Shown: positions 1-10,328, numbered from the stretch's first letter. The stretch: 64,000 nucleotides of DNA from Candidatus Peregrinibacteria bacterium (GCA_043814035.1 JBDRKJ010000007.1:128100-192099); one strand, 5' to 3'. Numbers and translations: made by a program. Notes: generated from the sequence alone by a model not told the origin.

Positions 1-1071
1 GGTATCGGAGCCGGTGTTCTTGCCCTTGGTGGGACGGGGGTGGGATATCTTGCAACTAGAGAGCCACGAGGATTTGATCTTGAAGAAGAAAAAACAGAGG
101 AAGATATTTGGGAAGGTATGCCTGAAATATACAAAGGGCAGGAAAAAATGTGGGAAGACCTCGGCCCTGACGGACGAAAGAAGATGCGCAAACAAATGAG
201 TGGATGGAAAAAAGAAGGGGTAGTGGATACAAAAGGCATGTCAACGGAAACAGGGGGAGAAATGGCAAAAAAGGAACCAGAAGGTTGGTGGGCATGGGCG
301 AAAGAACAAGCTGGCGAAAAGCTATATTGGCCCGATTTGGTCGCACGTGTTTCGGCTCCTGCTGCAACAGAAATCGTTCTGCGAGTGCTTCAGCACATCC
401 GAAGGAATAACTCACGAGAACGAGCAGAGCAGTACTCGCGAACCGAATTGGGCGATGATAAAAATCGCAATAGATATCACGGTTCCCCCTATGATGACAT
501 ACCTCTTGAGTCGCTGAGTTCGACTCAATTGCACAAACTGCGTGAAGAAGTATTGAGTTCCAAACGAAAATTCCGCAGGGAAACGAAAACTGTTGAGAGG
601 AAGATTGTAACCGAAAGAACTGTGGCATACTCGGCCATCGCTGCCGTAGAATTAATCACGAACCTAACGTATGCTGGCCTGATTTCAGAACAAATGGTTG
701 CCAATATTGTGGGAGGATGTCTCGGTTATGGAACAGTCAAACTTGGGCGAGTGTTCGCTAGCGCATCTGAAGACACTATCGAAGACGAACTTGATAAAGT
801 TGTGACAGACATCGATGACATCTTGCCGACTGTCAAAGAGCGCGAGGAGCATGCATCGCGCACAGAAAAAGCCGCGGAAGAGAAAGGAAAAAGAGATGAG
901 CTAAGAGGTGAGACTCAGGAAGAGAAGAAACTCGAACGACGGGAGGCACGTAGGGATGCAACGATAGCTCACAAACGCGAATTAGCGCGACTGGAGAAAC
1001 AGGCCGAGCTTGAGGCAAAGAAGAACGCACCAAAAATCGCAAAACCTGGAGACCCTGAATGGAAAGGATGA
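1..1071 (+). CDS. Hypothetical membrane-associated Lys/Glu-rich protein; 5' end lies outside the window
   Basis: Frame 1 is open from base 1 (GIGAGVLALGGTGVGY, hydrophobic) to the stop at 1069-1071. The listed start at 40 is a GTG inside this open frame. There is a hydrophobic segment mid-protein and a charged coiled-coil-like tail (EEKKLERREARRD...). No family recognised. Confidence 0.5.
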   Translation, partial: GIGAGVLALGGTGVGYLATREPRGFDLEEEKTEEDIWEGMPEIYKGQEKMWEDLGPDGRKKMRKQMSGWKKEGVVDTKGMSTETGGEMAKKEPEGWWAWAKEQAGEKLYWPDLVARVSAPAATEIVLRVLQHIRRNNSRERAEQYSRTELGDDKNRNRYHGSPYDDIPLESLSSTQLHKLREEVLSSKRKFRRETKTVERKIVTERTVAYSAIAAVELITNLTYAGLISEQMVANIVGGCLGYGTVKLGRVFASASEDTIEDELDKVVTDIDDILPTVKEREEHASRTEKAAEEKGKRDELRGETQEEKKLERREARRDATIAHKRELARLEKQAELEAKKNAPKIAKPGDPEWKG

Positions 1072-1114
1072 GAAAGATACTTCTGTAGAACCGATCCGTG
1101 GAGTGACCATTCTA

Positions 1115-2062
1115 CTATGGAATCGGCACACCTCTGATAAAGTTCCATCCCTGTACGACGTAACTCCACGCTTTAGGAAACATCCCAAAGTATGTTTGTA
1201 CTCCTGCAGCCCCCCATCCGAGATACGCTGCACCGGCACCGAGAGCAACGAGAGCTCCCACTGAAGTGACAGTGCTAATCGGTTTGGTAAGAACGGACCA
1301 TCCTCCCTTCAAGCTTCCTGCCAGTACCTTTTGTGTAGTAAGGAAAGGAATCGTGGCGGTCCCGACAACTAATTGCATGGCAGCTTCAATAGTACCTTTC
1401 AGAAAATTCATGCCCATTTTTAATCCTTTTATTCCCGTCTCTTTTGTCCACTTCAGTGCTCCTCCTACACGCTCCGAAACATACTCCACTGCCCGAGCGA
1501 GCCTGTTCCCTTTTTCTTCTTCCGTTACCTCACCCGTCAGACCTTGTTTGATATTGTGCCCAACTATCAGGGCGCCAGAAACAGGCGCGGAGACAGTTCC
1601 GGCTAATACATCCAATGACTTTGATGCTCCACCTGTTACAACAGCTCTGGGGATTTCATACATCTGTCCTATTCCCGGTATTTTTGAAACCGTCGCGCGT
1701 GCGAGTTTATCGCCAATGTAGAGAGTGCCGGCAGCAACAGGATTTGCAGCTACCGCCCCCCAGAAGAGCAAGTTCCCTAATGGGCGTCGTACTGTATCGT
1801 GAGTAACGCGCCAGATCGCAGAATTGGCTCCCGGCTGAACGCGTTCCTGATCCTTAGGTGCAACAACAGGATTCGAGAATCCTTCCTTCGGTGTTTCGGA
1901 GGGAATTTTTCCAGAAGCAGGCGCCTTGGGACTCTCTTTTTCTTTTCCGCGCTCCGCATCTTCACCTTTATGCTTTTTTTCGCCTTCTCCAGCGGAAGGT
2001 TTCTCCTTTTCTGGACTTGAAGGCTCGCGTGGCTCTGCCTCTGGTGTCGAGGTGTTTGGCAT
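1115..2062 (-). CDS. Hypothetical membrane protein with a disordered Pro/Glu/Lys-rich N-terminus and Gly/Ala-rich hydrophobic segments
   Basis: 315-aa ORF starting 7 nt after the stop of the upstream giant ORF, so probably the same operon. The C-terminal segment VTSVGALVALGAGAAYLGWGAAGV looks transmembrane. No family recognised. Confidence 0.55.
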   Translation of the reverse strand: MPNTSTPEAEPREPSSPEKEKPSAGEGEKKHKGEDAERGKEKESPKAPASGKIPSETPKEGFSNPVVAPKDQERVQPGANSAIWRVTHDTVRRPLGNLLFWGAVAANPVAAGTLYIGDKLARATVSKIPGIGQMYEIPRAVVTGGASKSLDVLAGTVSAPVSGALIVGHNIKQGLTGEVTEEEKGNRLARAVEYVSERVGGALKWTKETGIKGLKMGMNFLKGTIEAAMQLVVGTATIPFLTTQKVLAGSLKGGWSVLTKPISTVTSVGALVALGAGAAYLGWGAAGVQTYFGMFPKAWSYVVQGWNFIRGVPIP

Positions 2063-2068
2063 TGATGG

Positions 2069-5000
2069 TTAAGGGAGTTTGCTGGCTCTTTCTGTATCTT
2101 TCACTCCATTCCAAACTTCCAAGAACTGTTGGAATGTGACGAGCCTTTCTCGCTCTTCAAGATACTGATCAAGCAGGCGAGCTTCGTGAACAGACAAGTG
2201 GAGTGGACGATGTTGCTCCTTCTCGGGAATGGAATAGCTTGTCAGCATTCCACGAAGAAAGACTTCGCCGAGCACCACGTTCTCAAGATATCGCTCGTAA
2301 GATGACCGAGCAGCCGCCTCCGTATTCTCTTTGAGACATTTTTGGTAGGTCGGATCACGATCGATCCGCCGCTTGAGCCACTGATCAGCAGAAACTTTCA
2401 TGGCCCTATACTCTGCATCCCCAACAAGCCAATTGAATGGAAGAAAGAAGATTTTTGAATCTTGCGGAGTGAGAGCTTTTAGCAAATCGGAACGACGCCC
2501 TGCACTACCGGCAACTGATAGGATCTCTGAATCAATGTTATTTGGTGCTGCGGCAGCGCCGGGCACCGTCAACAGCTTGTCGAATTCAATTGCAACAGGA
2601 GGATCTATTCCTTTTTCGAGCAGGGCCTCAAGATCTCTTTGGGCAGTCACTAATACTTGTTCAGCTGTTGCAAGTGCAGCAGAGGCATTTGTTGCTTTGG
2701 TTTCGGCTGCTGGTATTCCCACTATCTGTGGGGTGATCACATTTAGTTTCGCAACAATCACCGTAAGGCGCTGATTCATTTCTCGTGCCTTCTTTTGATC
2801 GTTTGGATCAAGTGATGCAACGAGTGGAGGAAGTAATACGAGAAGGCTGGCCTGTTCCTGCGAGAGAGATGTTTTTTCCTGCTCAAGAGATTTGAGACGA
2901 GAAAGATTCGCGTGTTCCTGTTCGTTATCAACTTTTCGTCGATCACGATCTGTTTCTGCCCCTCGTAATGTACCTTCTAAAGTTGACTTGTTTCTATCAA
3001 ATGTTTGAATTGCAGTAAGAAGAGCAGGATTTTTTGTAATTTGGCTGTAGAGATTTGTAGTGAGCACCTCAAACACATATCTCTTCTGTGCCGGCTTGAG
3101 TGCTTTGAATTTTTCTTCTGTATCTATGTCTACATCGAAGAGCTTCTTAGCAATTTCCACCTGCCATTTGACCAGCGACTCTCTTACTTTATCTTCACTG
3201 ATGATGGCACCCGCAGCATCCGTAAATTTGAGAATATTCGTGCGTCGAATGCGAGTTCTCTCAAATGCACTGATAGTTGCAGTCGGAGCCAACACATCGC
3301 GAATGGGATAGTTCCCACCACTAAACATACTCACCAAGGATTGCTCCTCCTCTTTGTATTGCTCATTAGCTTTTTCAAGATTTAATTCTTCAAACTGATG
3401 CCCAAATACACGGCCTACACTTTCAAGGAAGGGCTCTATGTAATCATGCAACAGAGGAACGGTAAGCATGTAATCGTAAATGCCCTTCAATTCCTCGAAT
3501 GTGCGACCAGCTACATTAACTGTTCCTTCAAACACAAACCCGATCACGCCGGGTGTCACTTCCACTACCGTCATACCAATCTTGGAGCCGGTATCGATGA
3601 CGAACTTCCATGCGGTGATGAAGTCATCTTTTACTTCGGGGCCAAGCTTGGCTCCCGTCACACGCATCCAGTCCCATACAGCTTCAGCCGAATTGAATAC
3701 TGCATCTTTGCTTGCCTCGTAGATCTCCGGAACTTTGTGGATACCCTGCTTCATCATCACCCACGCCTGCGTGCCGTATTTCTTTACCAGCGCGGCGGCC
3801 TCTGTATACGTGTAGCCGAACATATCCGCAGCAGCTTCGAGGTAGTTTCTATTCTCGAGCATCTCTTTGGTCGGCATCTGACACTCCGACATGATCACCT
3901 CGAACATCGTGGCGGGCTTTAAGTTCGCAGCACGATTCACGACGTAGCGCTGTCGGATGGTATCTGCGCCTTGTTCGGCATTCGTATCGACGTTGCCGCC
4001 GGCAAGCCCATTGATGCGTGCCACGTCGCCACAGAGTGCTTCGAAGGCAAAGTACGCCACCTTATAGGCTTTCTCTTTGGAGCCGGTAGAGCCGAGGTTA
4101 TCTTCGATGTCTGAGACACGCAGCGACGCAGGTGCGCCGAGTGCGAACTTTTTTCCACCACCGGACTTCACGGCCTCGCGCCATGCGAGGAGCTCCTCTA
4201 CCTTCACCGGATGTTTCTCATCCATGAGAACGCGGATGGCCGCCTGACCAGAGGGCTGCATGAGCATTTCGTATCGCTCATCGAGCGCGGCACCACGTCG
4301 ACGGAAAGCCTCAAGCGGGGACGTGCGGTCCTCCTTATTCTTCCAGCGCATGTTCTCGCCGAGCAAGTCGCGGCCTGTGCGCTGTTTTACAATGTGATTG
4401 ACACCCAAGAGGATCGGAAGACCGAGAAGGAGGAACTTCCCCTTCTTGCTCTTCCACGCCTCCCTAATCATCCAGTAGGCAGCGAAAGCGATGGCGATGA
4501 CCTCGGCCTTACCGACCATGTCGGTATTCCAGAGATCCTTCATCGACTCCAGCCCCGTACGGAGCCATCGGTCTACGGGATTTGTGAACTCATCTTCATC
4601 TTCGATTTGCTCTTTGGCTCTGATACTGCCGCGCATCTCGAAGAGGAGTCGCTTCTGTATGACATCCACCGCCATGCGCGCGTCAGTTACCGTCACCTTC
4701 TCGGTGCGGCCCTGATGCTCGTATGTCTGTTCTGCCCCTGTCACAAAAGCATCGAGGAACGCCTTCTTCGCAGGACCGTTCTCCAGTGCGATCTCGAGAG
4801 AAGCGCGCACCTGTTCGGGAGGATCCATGAGCCAGCGACCCACGTTCGCCGCCAGATTGATGGCAGGGTTCGCAGGATCCGGTTCCTGACGCAGGAGATC
4901 GAGTGCACGCGGCTTGAGTAGGAGTCCGCGCTGGCGCAGGGGACCCACGATGTCTCTGCCCTCCTCATTCTCGACAAGCGCACGTGCATCGGTATAGGAC

Positions 5001-7675
5001 AGGAACGCATCTCTGTCGGCCGGGTGCTCGGCAATCCATGTATCGACGAATGCATCCTGCCGTTCGGGTGTCACGAGTGCCGCAGTCTTCTGCAACAGTT
5101 CTTTTGCTTCATTGAGGCCCTTCTCGGGATCACCCTTGGTATCCTTATACTTGAGCATGGACATCCAGAGCGTGAGCTGACGTAGCCGCTTCGAACGCAT
5201 GCTCCAGCCCATCGTATTGAGCTGGCCGATCACGTACTGGTTGGCCATGAGCAGCGCACGGGCCTGTTCTTGGTGCTCCAGCGGGGAGACTGCGGGATCA
5301 CCGCGGATAGCTTTGAGTTGAGCTTCTCTGCGACCGCGCAGACCATTTTCTGTGGTTTCGAGGAATTTCTGCGCTCCCGAAGAGGCCGTCTGTAGCTTCT
5401 CGAGCGCGGCCTTGCCACCCTCCAGAGCTGTCTGCTGGTTGAGAAGTTTCAGCAGATCGGCATCATGTTCCGGATCCCAGAAATTCTTACGGATTCCCGC
5501 GATGTAATCCCACCATATGCTCCCGCCCGCTTTGGCGAGCTTCCAGAATTCGGAGGCATGGTTCCCGACGGATTCCTTCCACGTAACCTCGTGCACCTTT
5601 GCCGTGCGCATCTTCGTGTAGATATCCATCGGCTTGCTTCCGGCCGCGACTGGGAGCTCGTTAAGCTGCTGGATGAGAAGCCCCCTGTTGACCAAATATG
5701 TACCATCTGTCTGATGCAGCAGGGGCCCGCCTACGGCCTTGAATTCCGCAAGCTTCTTTTTTGCCTCCTTGTCAGCCTCAGCTCCATTGCCATCAAAATG
5801 CAGGAATGTGAGGTACTCGAGCAGCAGGCCACCGTCATTCTTGAGCTTGAAACCGGTTCCCGAGCCTGTGGGCTCCGTCACGCTTTCGACGATTGCCGTG
5901 GCACTCTCCCTTCCTAGGAAGCCTGCTTCATCGACATCTGTTTCGACCGTGAGCGTCCCCATTCTCGTCATCAGCGCATCCTCATTTGGAATAAGATAAA
6001 ATTTATTGTCTGGACCGAATACCTGGATGAGACCTGCCTTCAGAAAATCGGCGATATCTCGCTCGGCCAATCCACTTGCCACTACACCTCCCTTCGCTGT
6101 GTGAATTTTTTCAAGTGCCTTTTTTAGATTTTCAACAGACACCTTGAGGCTGGCAGCTACAATGCGATCGATATCAGGACTGAGTGCCAATATCGCTTGT
6201 GGTTTGCCCAACGGCACTTCTTTCTTCTTTGTGCCAAACCGCTCCATCTTCGCGACGGAGACCAATACACTGGGGCTCGGACGGTAGTTGCCGTCCTCCA
6301 GCGTCTTCACCACATCCTCCGGCATGCGTGCGCGCAGTGCCAATGCCGAAAGTGAAATGCCCGTGGGATTGTCGATTTTTACGCCTTCGCTCCTGAGGTA
6401 ATCCTCCGCCTTTCCGGTATTCCACAGGCTCAAAAGATCGCGGGAGAAATCGTCGATGGAAACCGTTGCGGATGGGACCGTCTTCTTCAATTCTGTTTCC
6501 GACTTCGCACGGTCCGCCTCTACGGCTTCTCTTCCGCCTTTGAGGATGGCGAGGATGAGTTTCTTGATTTCATTGTCGTCCTTGATCTTGTACTTCTCAC
6601 GGATTTTCTTCACCTGAACGAGATCCGCCAGCACGATGGCACCCTTCAGCCCGAGGGATTCCTCGAGCACATCCTTCTGTGGACCGGTAAGCTTGGCCTT
6701 CTTCAGAATCTCCAGCCGCTGAATGAGCGCATCCAATCTGAACTTACCATTGCGCTCGACTGACAGATGAATGAGCGCCTCCTGATCCGTTCCACCGAGG
6801 CGGTCTAAGTAACGGACACGCTCCTGAAATTCGTCCTGAATGTGTTTCTGCTGATCGATCTCCATGGCCGCCAGCTTGGTATCGATGGCTTTGATGGCCG
6901 CATCCACCTTCTCGCGCTCATCCGCAGTCAGAAGCTCGATACCGCCGGTCTCGCGGACGATCTTGAGCAACGCTGAACGGCGCGCAGTCGGTTCGGTGGC
7001 ATCGATGTACGGCTTGAGCCTGTCCTCGGAAATACCGGCAGCGGTCAGCTTCTTTTTCCACGGGTCTACTTTCTGGATTTCATCATCGGTTGCCCAGAGG
7101 ATGTCTTTGAGAAGATCAACCAGCTGGTCGAAGCGCTTCTTAAATGTGTCGAAATCCGCCTTCTTCTGGAGCACTCCGTTCAGTGATGCGTCGAATCCCG
7201 GAAAATCCCCCTCCCCTCCAGCATCTCTGTAGGCCTTTTCCTGCGCCTTCAGTTCATCGATCGTCACCTGCAGAATCCGAGCGCACTCTTTCGCATTGAC
7301 TGTAGACTTGTCCTTGGCCGCATTGATGGCCTGTCCCTCGCCGGTGAATACTTCGCCGCTCTTCTGCAGGAATGATAGAGCAATGGCAGTGAGCCACTTC
7401 TTTGATTTGTTCCCCGGAAGCAATTCCACCTGCGATGCGATCATTTTCACCGTCTCCTTATCCGCGAGCATCTCATTGATCTTGGGATCATTCAGCGTTC
7501 TCGCAGCTTCACGGAGTGCGGCAGCGGCCTCGGTAAGTCCGGGCCCCAGCTTCTCTTGGTCCTGCCGTATTTTCTCGCCACTGCTCACCCCTGGCTTCTC
7601 GGGACCATCTTTGAAAATAAGCCGCGCTTCACGTAGGTCATCAGGGCCAAATATCGGAAAGAGTTTTTGTGTCAT
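2069..7675 (-). CDS. Giant (1868 aa) orphan protein, mostly helical/charged, with a central two-helix hydrophobic hairpin
   Basis: Uninterrupted 5.6-kb ORF. No N-terminal signal peptide, and no Walker A or other catalytic motif seen. Two adjacent hydrophobic helices (AEVIAIAFAAYWMI ... KFLLLGLPILLGV) are encoded around 4390-4515. TGGTACAAT lies 11 nt upstream of the ATG. Confidence 0.8.
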   Translation of the reverse strand: MTQKLFPIFGPDDLREARLIFKDGPEKPGVSSGEKIRQDQEKLGPGLTEAAAALREAARTLNDPKINEMLADKETVKMIASQVELLPGNKSKKWLTAIALSFLQKSGEVFTGEGQAINAAKDKSTVNAKECARILQVTIDELKAQEKAYRDAGGEGDFPGFDASLNGVLQKKADFDTFKKRFDQLVDLLKDILWATDDEIQKVDPWKKKLTAAGISEDRLKPYIDATEPTARRSALLKIVRETGGIELLTADEREKVDAAIKAIDTKLAAMEIDQQKHIQDEFQERVRYLDRLGGTDQEALIHLSVERNGKFRLDALIQRLEILKKAKLTGPQKDVLEESLGLKGAIVLADLVQVKKIREKYKIKDDNEIKKLILAILKGGREAVEADRAKSETELKKTVPSATVSIDDFSRDLLSLWNTGKAEDYLRSEGVKIDNPTGISLSALALRARMPEDVVKTLEDGNYRPSPSVLVSVAKMERFGTKKKEVPLGKPQAILALSPDIDRIVAASLKVSVENLKKALEKIHTAKGGVVASGLAERDIADFLKAGLIQVFGPDNKFYLIPNEDALMTRMGTLTVETDVDEAGFLGRESATAIVESVTEPTGSGTGFKLKNDGGLLLEYLTFLHFDGNGAEADKEAKKKLAEFKAVGGPLLHQTDGTYLVNRGLLIQQLNELPVAAGSKPMDIYTKMRTAKVHEVTWKESVGNHASEFWKLAKAGGSIWWDYIAGIRKNFWDPEHDADLLKLLNQQTALEGGKAALEKLQTASSGAQKFLETTENGLRGRREAQLKAIRGDPAVSPLEHQEQARALLMANQYVIGQLNTMGWSMRSKRLRQLTLWMSMLKYKDTKGDPEKGLNEAKELLQKTAALVTPERQDAFVDTWIAEHPADRDAFLSYTDARALVENEEGRDIVGPLRQRGLLLKPRALDLLRQEPDPANPAINLAANVGRWLMDPPEQVRASLEIALENGPAKKAFLDAFVTGAEQTYEHQGRTEKVTVTDARMAVDVIQKRLLFEMRGSIRAKEQIEDEDEFTNPVDRWLRTGLESMKDLWNTDMVGKAEVIAIAFAAYWMIREAWKSKKGKFLLLGLPILLGVNHIVKQRTGRDLLGENMRWKNKEDRTSPLEAFRRRGAALDERYEMLMQPSGQAAIRVLMDEKHPVKVEELLAWREAVKSGGGKKFALGAPASLRVSDIEDNLGSTGSKEKAYKVAYFAFEALCGDVARINGLAGGNVDTNAEQGADTIRQRYVVNRAANLKPATMFEVIMSECQMPTKEMLENRNYLEAAADMFGYTYTEAAALVKKYGTQAWVMMKQGIHKVPEIYEASKDAVFNSAEAVWDWMRVTGAKLGPEVKDDFITAWKFVIDTGSKIGMTVVEVTPGVIGFVFEGTVNVAGRTFEELKGIYDYMLTVPLLHDYIEPFLESVGRVFGHQFEELNLEKANEQYKEEEQSLVSMFSGGNYPIRDVLAPTATISAFERTRIRRTNILKFTDAAGAIISEDKVRESLVKWQVEIAKKLFDVDIDTEEKFKALKPAQKRYVFEVLTTNLYSQITKNPALLTAIQTFDRNKSTLEGTLRGAETDRDRRKVDNEQEHANLSRLKSLEQEKTSLSQEQASLLVLLPPLVASLDPNDQKKAREMNQRLTVIVAKLNVITPQIVGIPAAETKATNASAALATAEQVLVTAQRDLEALLEKGIDPPVAIEFDKLLTVPGAAAAPNNIDSEILSVAGSAGRRSDLLKALTPQDSKIFFLPFNWLVGDAEYRAMKVSADQWLKRRIDRDPTYQKCLKENTEAAARSSYERYLENVVLGEVFLRGMLTSYSIPEKEQHRPLHLSVHEARLLDQYLEERERLVTFQQFLEVWNGVKDTERASKLP

Positions 7676-7722
7676 AAAATCTCACTATTGTACCAAAAAT
7701 CGCGTTTTTCTTCAATGGAGCC

Positions 7723-10062
7723 CTAAAGCCTTCGCTTAAGCCAAAGTAGAGACACCCCCACGCTCGAAAGTACCCCCAAAACGCCCATTTCGGGTATGGA
7801 GGATTGCTGGCGGTCTTCGCCCGTCACCGTCAGAGAGTCGGGTAATTCGGTCTCCACGAAGGTCATGAGGAGGGAACCGGATACAGAGGAAGGAAAAGAA
7901 AGAGAAGAAATAGAGGATCGGGACGCCGAGACATAGCGAGTCCGTGAGAATGCGGGCGCTGCCGCGGCGACGGATTTCTTTGCGCTCGCGATGGATGAGA
8001 CTGGTAATGGCAGAGTTGTCTGACACGTATTGGGTAACCCGGGCGTGGGATCGGAGGTTCTCCATTCCCCGTTGCAAAAACTCAACGACGTTCCTGCTTT
8101 GAGTTTCGGAATCGTAACGTGATCGGACCATGAATTATCGGGCGCAATCAGCCACACGTCATCGCCTGTATCGTTGAGGGCGAGCTTCGTATCATCCCGC
8201 GAAAATATGCGATACGCGCCAGCTGCAATCGTTGTACTCGAAGGAATAATAAATGGCTTGCTCCCACCTCCGCTCCTGGCGGAGCTACGGTGGGCAAGAC
8301 CGCCTTCACGGAGGTCATCGAGTATCCAGCCAGCCAAAGAAATTTCGTGATCGGTCGAATTGAAAAGTTCGATCCACTCATCGCCGGTCATCATCACTTC
8401 ACTTAAAACAGCACCCGTCTCAACGAGAGCAGAGGCGGAAGACGAAAAAGAAGAAATAGAGGAAGTAAAAGAAATAGAGGAGGAAGAGGAGACAGAAGAA
8501 AAAGAGGAAAGAGAAGATGAAGAAGCAGAAGATTTCGAGGAGCTGGATTGTGGTTGTTCTTTCGGAAGCACGGTCACGTTGAGAGTGCTTACTGAAATGC
8601 CTCCGCAGAAGTCACGCACCGTCAGACGCACCGTGTAATCACCGGGGTCCGAGAATGTGTGTGACGGCGGATTGCAGGCACTGCTCACTGCATCATCGCC
8701 GTAGTCCCACGTGCATACGGCGGAAGCGAGGGAACCGGCTCCGGCAGCGGCTTGCAGGTTGATCGACACGTGCTCCTCGCCCACGACAAATGCGCTGCCA
8801 ACCGAAGCCGATCCGGCATCCTGAATGAGGATGCGCGGCGCAAGTGATGCGACAACGTTTGGTTGGCCTTCGCTGGGAACGCAGAACGCATGGAGCGCGT
8901 AAGGCGGATCTTTATCGCGACCGAAACTCACCTCTTCGGCTGTCATCGGATACTCCCACGCATCGATGAGTTGTGAACCGTTCATCAGACTCACGCGCTC
9001 GCCGTTGTTATCGAGCGGGAGACTTGTGACGGATTTGCGAAACGACCAGTACTCGCCCGGTGCCAGAAAAAATCCGGAGCCGGATTGCGGCAGGATCGTG
9101 TACACCGCGGAGGAGTTTCCATCATCGAGCGTCCAACCGGCGATGTTCACGGAAACGGCTCCCAGATTGGCGATCTCGATCCACTCTTCAGTATCCGCAC
9201 CGATGGGATTTGCGAGAACTTCGGTGATGAAGACGGAGGGGATAGAAGAAGAAATAGAGGATGAAGAGGAAAGAAAAGAAATAGAGGAGAGCGAGGATGC
9301 GGATGACACGCTGCTCACGAAAGAACCGGAACCGGAGGATGACTGCACGGAACCGAGCGATGACCCTGTGGAGGAAGAGGAGGAAACTGAAAATGCCGAG
9401 GAAGCCGAAGATGCCAAGGGGGGAGAAGAGTCACGCAAAAATCCCGGCGTGCCGAAGATGGGCGCACCTTCTTTGAATCCGAGTGACAGAGTTGCCGTCT
9501 GCCAGTTCTCGGCAATATTGCCCGGCACCGCAAGATCGATGCGCTCCATACTGGCTTTGGGTAAGCCAGAAACATTTGCGCCGGCGAAGGGGCTACCCAC
9601 GCCGTCATCCACTTCATCGCGGACCACACCGTCGGCATCATAAAGCCGCAGGAGCAACTTGGTATTCGGCAGGCTCATCGACGGCGTTGTGATCCACGGC
9701 TCTGATAAAAGCCGCGAAGACGCCGCCGGATAGTTGCTCACAACGCGTACGTCACCGGCCGGGAGCATCGCACCCGTTTGGAACGTGTGAATCACGGCTT
9801 CCTCACCCGTGCTCTTTGAGCTCGTGAGAGTCCAGCCACTCAAATCGCAATCGCCTACTCCTGTGCATACGATCTCGACCCACTCATCGGACGTAGATAC
9901 ATCCGATCCCATCCACATCACTTCACTGATCACTACCGAACCGGCCGCGGCCGCCTCATCCGCGAAGACCCTGTGTGCAGGAAGACCCGAACACACGCAG
10001 AGCAGCGCTCCTGCAGGGAGCAGGTACGCGAGAAGCCGATGCAGTACTGTGCAGGTTTTCAA
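7723..10062 (-). CDS. Secreted/anchored surface protein: three lamin-tail-domain (LTD)-like repeats, one PKD-like domain, Ser-rich linkers, C-terminal hydrophobic anchor
   Basis: N-terminal signal-like LLAYLLPAGALLCVCSG. LTD-type motifs occur three times (VISEVMW...DEWVEIV...LSGWTL; ITEVLANP...EEWIEIANLG...IAGWTLDD; LSEVMMTGDEWIELFN...LAGWILDD). The PKD-like stretch is WDYGDD...HTFSDPGDYTVRLTV. The tail is IPEMGVLGVLSSVGVSLLWLKRRL. The start codon is TTG, so the start is uncertain. Confidence 0.75.
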   Translation of the reverse strand: MKTCTVLHRLLAYLLPAGALLCVCSGLPAHRVFADEAAAAGSVVISEVMWMGSDVSTSDEWVEIVCTGVGDCDLSGWTLTSSKSTGEEAVIHTFQTGAMLPAGDVRVVSNYPAASSRLLSEPWITTPSMSLPNTKLLLRLYDADGVVRDEVDDGVGSPFAGANVSGLPKASMERIDLAVPGNIAENWQTATLSLGFKEGAPIFGTPGFLRDSSPPLASSASSAFSVSSSSSTGSSLGSVQSSSGSGSFVSSVSSASSLSSISFLSSSSSISSSIPSVFITEVLANPIGADTEEWIEIANLGAVSVNIAGWTLDDGNSSAVYTILPQSGSGFFLAPGEYWSFRKSVTSLPLDNNGERVSLMNGSQLIDAWEYPMTAEEVSFGRDKDPPYALHAFCVPSEGQPNVVASLAPRILIQDAGSASVGSAFVVGEEHVSINLQAAAGAGSLASAVCTWDYGDDAVSSACNPPSHTFSDPGDYTVRLTVRDFCGGISVSTLNVTVLPKEQPQSSSSKSSASSSSLSSFSSVSSSSSISFTSSISSFSSSASALVETGAVLSEVMMTGDEWIELFNSTDHEISLAGWILDDLREGGLAHRSSARSGGGSKPFIIPSSTTIAAGAYRIFSRDDTKLALNDTGDDVWLIAPDNSWSDHVTIPKLKAGTSLSFCNGEWRTSDPTPGLPNTCQTTLPLPVSSIASAKKSVAAAAPAFSRTRYVSASRSSISSLSFPSSVSGSLLMTFVETELPDSLTVTGEDRQQSSIPEMGVLGVLSSVGVSLLWLKRRL

Positions 10063-10328
10063 TGGGATCCATTGCAGCGCACGATGAGCGCCAGAGCAGC
10101 AGCTTCATGCGAATGAAATGCGATCGACAACTGTTTTTTGGCTTGAGGATGCGAATAAAATGGTTCTGTAATCAAGTGGAACACTCCCCTCTCCGTGGCA
10201 GGTGTGCGACTGGTTCGGAGAGGGGGTGAGGGGGTGAGGCAAACATTCAACACAAACACTTATTCTGTCAACCGTTCCTTTTGGCTTGAGAGTGACACGG
10301 TGGCTTCGTAAAGCCTCGACTTTCTCTC

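Noticed and set aside
1-3450. A drop in GC content (spot counts of about 33-53% against about 60% further in) across the first 3.4 kb, including the 3' third of the giant ORF. This could mark horizontal transfer.
   Set aside because: The AT-rich part encodes Lys/Glu/Ile/Asn-rich coiled-coil-like sequence. Amino-acid composition explains the shift, and the ORF is continuous across it. I could not compute codon-position GC to test further.
10216-10240. A G-rich run (GGAGAGGGGGTGAGGGGGTGAGG) as a G-quadruplex.
   Set aside because: Only two long G-tracts are present, and part of the run is already paired in the adjacent hairpin. The evidence is insufficient.
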